Made by a program: the position numbers and the translations under genes
NCBI RefSeq assembly: GCF_006345805.1
Contig: NW_021836519.1
Coordinates: 1 to 23,858 of the forward strand
Length of the DNA: 23,858 nt
Direction of reading: 5' to 3'
Origin: Octopus sinensis
Lineage: Eukaryota
Notes under the pieces: model-generated
Database searches by the model: none
Seen by the model: the letters and a program-made list of their open reading frames with translations, nothing else
What the model was told of the DNA's origin: nothing
Shown: positions 10,323 through 19,467 of the stretch, piece after piece
Numbering within the stretch: the stretch's first letter is position 1
Layout: every line of letters starts with the position of its first letter

Positions 10323-10584
10323 AAAAAGATGGAGGTGAAAATATCACAGCAGTAATTCTAAGACTTTTCAATTTAGGAGAGAATTTAATAAAAGACTACA
10401 TAAATAAAAATATTAATATCACCGGTTTCGATGAGTTCCATCGGAAAACTTTTACTCGGATAAGATGAAACACATCGAAACTGATAATATTAATATTTTT
10501 ATTTATATAATCTTTTATTAAAGTCCCTCTTAAATTGAAATGTCTGAGACTTGCTTCAATTCTATTTCGACCTCCATCTTTTTT
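10323..10584. repeat. Foldback element: ~120-bp imperfect inverted arms around a 21-nt spacer, probably two opposed Penelope-like terminal repeats
   Basis: aaaaagatggaggt...gtttcgatgagttccatc (10323-10442) pairs with gatgaaacacatcgaaac...acctccatcttttt (10464-10584). Confidence 0.8.
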
Positions 10585-10681
10585 ATAAGTATGTATGTAT
10601 GTATGTATGTATGTATGTATGTATGTATGTATGTATCTGTATATATATATTTATGTGTATCTGTATATATATATATATATA

Positions 10682-10978
10682 TGGAGGCGCAATGGCCTAG
10701 TGGTTAGGACAGCGGACTCGTAGGATCACGGTTTCGATTCCCAGACCGGGCGTTGTGAGTGTTTATTGACCGAAAATACCTAAAGCTCCACGAGGCTCTG
10801 GCAGGGGATGGTGGCGATCCTTGCTGTACTCTTTCGCCACAACTTTCTCTCACTCTTCCCTCTGTTGGCCTGCTCGCTTAGCCAGCGGGGGTGGCCTCAC
10901 TTGATGGCTAAAACAATGCAAAGCGCATTGTGACCAGCGATGTGTAACAACATCTGATGGCCTGGTCGGTCACGGTGG
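10682..10978 (+). mobile_element. tRNA-derived SINE, head B with tail Z (RTE-like tail)
   Basis: Same head as 8453 and 9263; tail tgtgaccagcgatgtg...ctgatggcctggtcggtcac matches the LINE 3' end at 2081-2130. Confidence 0.85.
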
Positions 10979-11039
10979 TATATATATATTATATATATTA
11001 TATATATATATATCTGTATGTGTATGTATATATATATAA

Positions 11040-11078
<39 letters not shown>

Positions 11079-11150
11079 TATTTATATGTATGTTTTTCTA
11101 TAATATGTAAGATGAAAGATGTGTGTATGTATGTATGTGTGTGTGCGCGC

Positions 11151-11230
11151 GCGTGAGTGTGTGTGCGCGCGCGTGAGTGTGTGTGCGCGCGCGTGAGTGT
11201 GTGTGCGCGCGCGTGAGTGTGTGTGCGCGT
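11151..11230. repeat. 20-bp tandem repeat x4 (gtgtgtgcgcgcgcgtgagt)
   Basis: Direct reading. Confidence 0.9.
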
Positions 11231-11614
11231 GTGTGTGTGAGACCGACCATTAGCTTGATCCCACGTAAAATCAATATTCTTCCGCCAATTTCGTTCATGC
11301 TTGGTAAATATATCACTAGTGGTCCACAGAAGGTTCTACCCACTTTAGACTTTTCACTTTTGGAATAATATGGAGTAATGGGACATCTAGGGTCGAAAGG
11401 TCAGAAAAATCTTCTACAGTGACTATTGTGGACAAGGGAGGTACTCTTTGCGAAGTAACGGTCAGAAATTGTCTCACTTACACGTGAAGGTGTGGGTGTG
11501 GGTGGGTGGGTGGCCTCATTCTCAGAGAAGCATCCTACAACATCCACAAATGCAAACAAGGTATTGCAGGCAACAAGCTCAGCTGTTACCGTTTGGCGTT
11601 CGGTAAATTTCGGG

Positions 11615-11696
11615 AAAAAAATTTCATTTATTTCTGTGGCTCAAAAAATTTCATTTATTTCTGTGGCTCAAAAAATTTCATTTATTTCTGTGGCTC
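11615..11696. repeat. 27-bp tandem repeat x3 (aaaaaatttcatttatttctgtggctc)
   Basis: Direct reading; appears as ISFISVAQK x3 in the ORF track. Confidence 0.95.
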
Positions 11697-11974
11697 AAAA
11701 TGTACATTTCGTTTGATGTCGGCATAAAGAGAGAGAAAATTGACAGGGACGTGTGTGTGTGTTGATGAGGGGTGTGAGACAGAAAGTGTGTGTTGAGTGA
11801 GAGAGAGAGAGAGTAGATGTGAGTTGCTGTATGAAGCGAGAAGGGGAAAACGGCGTACATTTTTTTTATTTATTTTTCCTTGCATCTTTTTGAGTGAGAG
11901 TGTGAGTGATTGACTGAGAGAGAGGGAGAGAGAGAGAGAGGGAGATGTGGACAAATTACGTCCAACAACCACGG

Positions 11975-12681
11975 ATAGATTGACACTACCACCATTGGCC
12001 ACACTGAATCCAGCCCCGATGACTTATGTTCTGCTGTTTACCCAAATCTTACAACGAAATAAATAAAGCCAGATTCGCTCCGTGACGGGGCTGTTCTTGC
12101 CCCTACAAATGCAGCTGTCAACACTCTTAACCACGACTTACTCTGTCAGCTGCCACTCAAGAACGTTGTTACACACCAGATGAGACCGTTATCGATCTCG
12201 ATCAGGGTACACACTTTCCAACGGAATTTCCCAACTCCCAACATCCTCCACGACTCCCTCCCATGGACGTCACTTAAAAGTCGGTTGCTCTGTCATCCTC
12301 CAACGCAATCTTAACGCACCCACACTACGCAATGGAACTCGCTTTGTGGTCAAACAAATGATGGACCACGTCATTGAAGCCCAAATTGTCACGGGACACG
12401 GCAAAAACGATATCTCTTTCATTCCGAAAATTCCGCTAACCCCAACAGACAGCTCCTATCCTATGCAGAGACTTCAGTTCCCTCTGAAACTCAGCTTCAC
12501 CATGACAATTAACAAAGCACAAGGTCAGTTACCGAAAGTTGACGGATTGGACCTTTGAACCTCGTGCTTTTCACATGGACATTTCTACATCAGTTGCTCC
12601 ACAGTTGGCCATCCAGACAACTTATTCATCTATGTTCCTAAACGAAAAATAAATGTCGTCTACAAAGCAGCCCTACCGTAG
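11975..12681 (+). pseudogene. Helitron RepHel PIF1-like (SF1B) helicase C-terminal fragment
   Basis: Manual translation: AVLAPTNAAVNTLN, FPTEFPNS, LKVGCSVILQRNLNAPTLRNGTRFVV, RLQFPLKLSFTMTINKAQGQ, CFSHGHFYISCS, NVVYKAALP*. These are Helitron helicase motifs, with frameshifts and stops. Confidence 0.92.
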
Positions 12682-13271
12682 TTATTCCTCCACTGCATTC
12701 TTCACATCTACGCCAAACTGTAGCCGTTAACAATCAGACCTTCCTGCAAGCATTTCATTGATATTTTGCTTCATTTCCCTGATTTCTCTCAACCGTACAT
12801 TACCTTCAATGACCCTCGCACGCTGTTCGTTCATAAGTATGACATTTATCTTTGTACATGCCATTAGTCTACAATATTTATGCTTTTCTTTATACCGCAT
12901 AATTTTCATTGAAAAAAAGCTTCAATGTGGTTGTGACAGGCATTACAAGAAAAATAAGTACAAGATACAAAACGCTTCAGGTGAGATATAGGATCCTTAA
13001 TGCCCACGGTAACTGCGATCTCATTTCATGGGCTTTCATTTATTACTAACTACCAAATTTGTGTTTTAAAAAATGTATTCATTACCTGAGTTACTTAATA
13101 CCGTATCATAAACTGCTAACGAAAATGGTAATTACACATTTTACGCTTATCAACTTGAAACGACTTCTAACTGCGGGATAATTCAACTTAAACCATCCAC
13201 AGGAGTGCACCATTATACTAAATTATACCATCCAAAGGACGGGTGCATAGGCTATTATATATATAAATATA

Positions 13272-13291
13272 CTAGCGAATGCATCCGTTCC
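13272..13291 (-). mobile_element. Isolated Helitron 3' terminus in opposite orientation
   Basis: Minus strand reads ggaacggatgcattcgCTAG followed by t, homologous to ggacgggtgcataggcta at 13237-13254. Confidence 0.55.
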
Positions 13292-13634
13292 AGTCCCTCC
13301 TAATGTCTCAAACGCCACAGGTTGGAAGAGATAGTTCCTTGTCATATCTCGATACCTCAGAGATTTTTCCTTTTGGCTAGAGAAGCAGTGATCCTCCCAT
13401 TAACGGCAGCATCCAGGATGTGGGAAATAGAAGAGGAGTCGCACCTACCTCTAACCCAGGACAGAGGGTAATTTACTCCGTATGCAGCATAGAACCCGTT
13501 TCCCAGTTTCTCTGGCGCGTATATGTCTACCTGGACGTGGCGCTTATCGTCTGCTTCCTTTAAGAGTCAGTAACAAATGGCGTCAGACAATTCATACCCC
13601 TCCATCACCGGTGTTTAGTAAATACTGTTATAGT

Positions 13635-14018
13635 AGGAGTGGCTGTGTGGTAAGTAGCTTGCTTACCAACCACATGGTTCCGGGTTCAGTCCCACTGCGT
13701 GGCACCTTGGGCAAGTGTCTTCTGCTATAGCCTCGGGCCGACCAAAGCCTTGTGAGTGGATTTGGTAGACGGAAACTGAAAGAAGCCCGTCGTATATATA
13801 TATATATATATATATATGCGTGTGTGTGTGTGTGTGTCTGTGTTTGTCCCCCTAGCATTGCTTGACAACTGATGCTGGTGTGTTTATGTCCCCGTTACTT
13901 AGCGGTTCGGCAAAAGAGACCGATAGAATAAGTACTGGGCTTACAAAGAATAAGTCCCGGGGTCGAGTTGCTCGATTTAAGGCGGTGCTCCAGCATGGCC
14001 GCAGTCAAAAGAGTAAAA
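13635..14018 (+). mobile_element. SINE family A, near full length
   Basis: aggagtggctgtgtggtaagtagc...ggttcagtccc...gaagcccgtcg, then (TA)n/(TG)n, then ...ggcggtgctccagcatggccgcagtc. Confidence 0.9.
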
Positions 14019-14079
14019 TGGTATGAACATGTGGAGAAATTCTAATGACTGGTTGCGTAATGGTACAATTATGGTGAAG

Positions 14080-14588
14080 CGGATTTATGAGTGTGTATGG
14101 GTATATATACACCCGTGTGTTTGTGTATGCGTGTGTGTGTGTGTGCGTATACATGTATATATAAATGAATATATATGTAAAATATACAATATATACACAT
14201 ATGCTAATGAATATATATGTGTGTGTGTGAAAATGTTTGTAGATATGTGTATGTGTATGAATGTACATATATGCACATATATATATCTGTGAGTGTGCGT
14301 GTATGTGAGTGTATGTATGTATGTTTGTATATAGCTATATTTATATGTATATATATTCATACTTTTATACTAATAGGTATGTGTCTATGTATAAGTTCAT
14401 ATACGTATGTATGTATTCATAGTTATAGACAGTTGTGTATGTGTGTGTTTGCGCGCGCGTATCTACACACGTATACATACATACACATAAATGAATAGGA
14501 ATATATTTCGCTTACATATATGTATTTGAATATATATAAATATATACGTAATATGTATGTATGTACGTATGTATGTATGCGTTTTGAT

Positions 14589-14626
<38 letters not shown>

Positions 14627-14640
14627 ACACATAAATACAT
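14080..14640. repeat. TA/TG/CA-rich low-complexity tract
   Basis: Direct reading. Confidence 0.85.
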
Positions 14641-14944
14641 TCACATAGAGAAAGCGAGCAAATTATATATTTCTCTATTCTGTCTCTATATTTTTGTATA
14701 TTTGATGTAATAAAGCACCATCGCGATGGAATCTGAGAATCTGTCTGGCAGTCTTCGAGGAAATAAAGATGGTCTGTTATGGTGTAATCTCTTGTATTCC
14801 CCCCAGTCCCACTCAGAACCCGCCATCCGAGGAAAATGTCGACGTCTGTTCATCACCGATCGAACACAAATCATTTAGTTATCTGTGAATTACTAAACTA
14901 CATTAACGAAGCTTTAGATATATCGATATATAAAGTACGTCTCA

Positions 14945-14974
14945 TAGGTTGGTGCAAAAATAAAGGCAGATTTT
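14945..14974 (+). mobile_element. Solo mariner-type TIR remnant
   Basis: TA plus ggttggtgcaaaaataaaggcagatttt resembles the Hsmar1/MADE1-type TIR (TTAGGTTGGTGCAAAAGTAATTGCGGTTTT); no partner end seen. Confidence 0.5.
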
Positions 14975-15117
14975 AACCCTCGGCTTTCTATAGCCATGCT
15001 TCTCGTTTCTCAACAGAACAACTACGCGCCATTGCATTCGATTCGACCAACGATTCACAGAGACGCTCGCCTCCTTCTCTCCACGGAGGTTTCTTGGACA
15101 TTAGAGCTTCCACTATT

Positions 15118-15322
15118 CCTCTCTCTCTCTCTCTCTCTCTCTTTCCCGTTCTCTTTCTCTCTTTCTCTTTCTCTCCCTTCCTCCCTCTCTTTTTCTCTCT
15201 TTCTCTCTTTCTCCCTCTCCCGTTCTCTCTCTCTTCCTTTCTCTTTCTCTCTCTCCCTCTCTCTCATCTCTCTCTCACTTCCCCTCTCTCCCTCTCTCCC
15301 ACATCTCTCTCTCTCTCTCTCT
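15118..15322. repeat. (CT)n-rich compound microsatellite
   Basis: Direct reading. Confidence 0.95.
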
Positions 15323-15701
15323 TTCGACTAGCTCTGATGCTCTAACGCCCGTCTCCCCCCCACACACACACACCTCTCATCGTCTCATCGTCTCCTCTCT
15401 GCCCTTCTTGAGAACCCCTTGGGGCCAGGGAAAAAGGTTCATCCCTAAAACCGTTTGTGACCATTTCGTCTGTTCCAGCAGCGTTTTCGCCCAGTTTAAC
15501 ACAAAACTTCAACGACACCCCCCCCCCACCCCAGTTTCCCAAACGCCGCTCCGACTGCGTTCAGAGAAACCAAATCAGCTGCAACCAACTGTGTCTAACA
15601 GGAAATGTTCAAAGCGTTGTTACAGCCAACTCCTTCCGTTGGGAATAACAAAGGCGGGTGGCCGATCAGCTTATCAGATGCATAGTAAAAACTAGAATGG
15701 T

Positions 15702-16447
15702 CCTCCGTCGGTTACGACGACGACGGTTTCGGATCTTTTCGGTTTGAACGGCAGTTTTTTCTAGCGGTGTCATATGAAATTGTCACCCATAATTATGACC
15801 CTAGTATCGATCTATTGCATTTCAATTTGTTTTAGGGTTAGGGGTGGGGGGAGAGTATCTTTTTTTTTCCTTCAGAAATGTAAATAAACCCAATCTGTTT
15901 CTTAAACGAGGGACATATTCATACGGCACAGAATGTTTTTTTTACCTCAATAGACGTCATTGATTGGTTGAAATTGCAGAAATTGAAGAAAAAAAACCAA
16001 CAAATATCTTACAAACTATAGAATTTTCTCAATAAAGCCAAGAGAAAAAGATGTTTTATAAACCCATTCTACCAGTATACGAAGTTTAAAAGTGTTTAGT
16101 TAAGTGGAAATTATTTTTAAAAACTGCCGTTCAAACCGAAGATATCCGAGGTTTCCAGTTGATTCGACAACGGAACAGCCTGCTTGTGAAATTACCGTGC
16201 AAGTGGCTGAGTACTCCACAGACACGTGTACACATAACGTAGTTCTCAGAGATATTCAGCGTGACACAGAATACGACAAGGAAGGCTGAACCGTATGAAT
16301 TACAGGTATGACTCATCATCGCCGGCTGAGTGGAGTGAAACTACGTGGAATAAAGTGTTTTGCATAAGGACACAACGCGTTACCGGGAATTGAACTGACG
16401 ACCTGATGACCGTGAGCCGAATAACGCTAACCACCAACCCACATGCC
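15702..16447 (-). mobile_element. tRNA-derived SINE, head C with tail X, interrupted by a MITE
   Basis: Minus-strand head ggcatgtgggttggtggttag...agttcaattccc, body gttgtgtccttatgcaaaacac. Tail matches 9470-9640 on both sides of the 15731-16147 insertion. Confidence 0.8.
15731..16147 (+). mobile_element. Non-autonomous DNA transposon (MITE, ~417 bp) with ~29-bp TIRs
   Basis: Left ggatcttttcggtttgaacggcagttttt, right aaaaactgccgttcaaaccgaagatatcc; flanks acggtttc / gaggtttc form an imperfect ~8-bp TSD. Confidence 0.9.
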
Positions 16448-17014
16448 ATCACTGGATACAGAGCTAATGAAATATTAAAATTACACCAGTCTACAACAGT
16501 TGTAAGTACCGCGCACAATCGTATCGTTTTGATGACTTCAGTTTGCTTCTAAACCCAGTGTTACACATTCATATCTATGTGTATACGTAGGTATACGTGC
16601 GTAGAATATATCCCCACTATTGGCACTATTTGTTAGTAAACCGTATGAGCTGCGTCTAAGGCGGATACGCAAAATGTGTATCACTCCGCTGTATATTGAC
16701 AGTTCGTAAACAGGTTAAGCAGAATAAACACGTAAAACAATAACAATGCCTTCATTGAGTTGTCTATCATCCCATCAAGAACGAAACAATGCATAACACC
16801 AGGGACTGGTGAAATGGTAGCCATTCTGAGAGATACTCAGAGTGGCTGCTGGTACCAGCAGGAAAACATCACTGGATTCTACCCTTTTTTTTTCTTTTTT
16901 CATTTCTAACTGGAATCCGCAAGGTAAAATTGGGGATCTTTTCGGTTTGACCGGCAGTTTTTTAAAATAATTTCCCCGTAACTAAACACTTTTAAACTTC
17001 GTATACTGGTAGAA

Positions 17015-17559
17015 TCTCTTATCATAAAAGGCAGATTTTATCTGCCTCCCTTTGTCTCTTATAGAAATCTACAATACAGGATTTCTCCAATTACAATTTA
17101 CCTAGCATTTTTAAGAGTAGAATGCATCGGGTCATGCCAGGTCCGGTTTTTAAAATTTCAACCCCAATTAAGCAAAATTTAGAGAAAACTCACATTGTGG
17201 TGTGTAAGTGAAGTGCTTTTCTTAGTGTGGGCTACAGCACACACACACGCACACACACAAAAACGGAGCGATCTGCCTCACTCACGCTATCACCCTAATT
17301 TCTCCCACTTTCTCTTTGCAAGTGTACCTTAAACCACTACTAAAAAAAAAACACAGCAAACAGAAACAAATAAATACATAACGATTTACTCCTCACACAA
17401 TTTCTTCAATTAGAGTTTACCTATGATTTTTCAAAGTACTTCCATTCTGTCATGCCATACAAAATTTCTTTCAATTTCACCCCCAATTAAGACAAAATTC
17501 GAGAAAACTCAATATTTTAACATTTCACTCCGAAAGCATTGATGGACATGTGTACGTGC

Positions 17560-17598
<39 letters not shown>

Positions 17599-18579
17599 GT
17601 GTGTGTGTGTGTTTGATGGGATGTGCGACACAGAAAGTGTGGTGTGTAAGTGAAGTGCTTTTGTTAGTGTGTGTAAGGAGACAGAGAGAGTACACATACC
17701 TACGTTCACCTAAAGCACGCATACACACACACACAAGCGGAGCGCGAACTTCAAAAGAAATTTGCGCGCTATCTATCTGGTTTGCCATTCCTCACACACA
17801 CGCATACACATACATATATGACAGTGACAAACACAAACGTTTCAAACAACTACATACAAACACGTGTGTGTTTGTTATTAGTAAAAAAGGCGCCAAACAC
17901 AACTCACTTCTCATTCGAACACATTTGCAAAAACACACCGACGGTCGGATTGCCATAACAATACAGAAAAGGTAAATTGGTTTTTAATTTACTTTCTGTC
18001 GTTAAATTTTGGTAGTATTAATTGGCGAGCGTACTTCTGTTGTCAATTGTTGACAGAAAGAAATTGTAAGCTAATAAGGTGTGTGTGTGTGTGTGTATGT
18101 GTGTGTGTGTGTAGGAAGTGAAGGATAAGAATATTGCAAGAAGTGGACAGATGTACATATATACATCCATACATACATGTGTGTGTGTGTCTATGTATGT
18201 GTATTAATGTATTTGTGTTATCTCTATATAAAGCTGAAGTTGTCTGTGTGCGCCACGTTTGGTAACCTTCAACTAACACTATCTCCTCCGAGACCCTGCG
18301 GCGCAAGTTGACCAAAATTGAGAGTATGATAGAAGAAGGGTTGCTCTTCCTTCCGTAGAACATAAAATTCAAATCGGACCATGTTAACACCAAAAATTAT
18401 TTACATCAAAAAGCTGCTTTTTTCTATGAAAATCCCTATTTTTTTACGATTTTTTCACTGCTGTGTCGCCACTTTTCGGTGTATTTCGACCAGAAAAATG
18501 TTCACAAAATTTTTACTTTTCAAAATTACAATTCCAGCGGGTCGAAACAAACTCGAGCAACGCCGGGCGATACTGCAAG
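17015..18579 (+). mobile_element. Composite non-autonomous Helitron
   Basis: Inserted between A and T with no TSD; starts TCTCTTATCATAAAAGG; second 5'-like start TCTCTATATAAAG at 18221; ends in hairpin ctcgagcaacgccggg plus cgatactgCAAG followed by t (CTAG variant). Internal segments resemble 11740-11810. Confidence 0.8.
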
Positions 18580-18789
18580 TGTATTTATAAAACATCTTTT
18601 TCTCTTGGCTTTATTGAGAAAACTCTATAGTTTATAAGATATTTGTCGTTTTTTTTTTCTTCAATTTCTGCAATTTCAACCAATCAATGAGATGAAAACA
18701 TTCTGTGCCGTATGAATATGTTCCTCGTTTAAGAAACAGAATTGGGTTTATTTACATTTCTGAAGAAAAAAAAGATACCCTTCCCCCAC

Positions 18790-18850
18790 CCCTAACCCTA
18801 GCCCTAACCGTAACTAACCCCAACTAACCCTACTCTAACCCTAACCCTAA
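18790..18850. repeat. Degenerate telomere-type (CCCTAA)n tract inside the MITE
   Basis: About 11 ccctaa-like units; only 2 TTAGGG units at the same position in the other MITE copy (15832-15843). Confidence 0.8.
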
Positions 18851-19467
18851 AACAGATTGAAATGCAATAGATCGATACTAGGGCCATAATTATGGGTGAC
18901 AATTTCATATGACACCGCTAGAAAAAAACTGCCGGTCAAACCGAAAAGTTCCGGTAATTAAAAATATAAAACAATAATGAACTTTTTTTTTCAAATTGAA
19001 GCATAACTGAATGGAAAATAATGTTTGTCTTTGTATATTTCGACTTTATTTATATTTGAAAAGTGTCCTACCTTTTCTAGTTGCAAAGTGTTTAATCTGA
19101 TCCTCAAAATAATCTTAAGTAACTCAAGCCGCTTCTTTACTTCGCAGAAATAAGGTCCTGAATATTATTTTAGTAAGTTTAAAGTGATTTCTTTTATGCC
19201 GTCAACCATTTACCATTTTTGTAGCGCGTTCCTCCTTTAACCCCCTCCCCCCGCACACACATACACACCCTACCCTTTCAGTTGATGCCTTAAGCACGTG
19301 CTTATTTTGCTTAATGGTTAAACCAGTGCAGTCAATGTGTGTTCCAAGCTGGTGACTGAAGCATACTAGGTTCGATTCCTGAGCTCGCTATCCCACCTTT
19401 CCATTTTTGAGACATTTGCTCTGTTGCATTGATATATCTTAGATATATGCCCTTAATTTCTCTTAAG

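Larger units (their letters stand above)
11097..13254 (+). mobile_element. Helitron internal-deletion derivative (5' end, helicase C-terminus, 3' hairpin)
   Basis: Begins TCTATAATATGTAAG followed by a TG-rich tract; carries a PIF1-like helicase remnant; ends in hairpin accatcc-aaa-ggacgggt (13227-13244) plus gcataggCTA. No Rep domain seen. The 5' boundary is less certain. Confidence 0.7.
16932..18952 (-). mobile_element. Second copy of the same MITE, inverted and split by a Helitron (pieces 16932-17014 and 18580-18952)
   Basis: The two pieces together reconstruct the reverse complement of 15731-16147; the break falls at ggtagaA/T. Confidence 0.88.

Noticed and set aside
12346-12558. 70-aa ORF as a cellular PIF1 helicase gene
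   Set aside because: Intronless fragment with flanking frameshifts and stops, embedded between Helitron termini
14726-14878. 50-aa ORF MESENLSGSLRGNKDG...
   Set aside because: Short, no recognisable motif and no supporting splice donor
16455-16507. Possible micro-exon ending at the strong donor GTAAGT (16502)
   Set aside because: No convincing acceptor or reading frame; isolated GTAAGT is expected by chance
19300-19392. tRNA-like sequence with ggttcgattcc B box just upstream of the second repeat-protein copy
   Set aside because: A box is weak and spacing is abnormal; at most a very decayed SINE head
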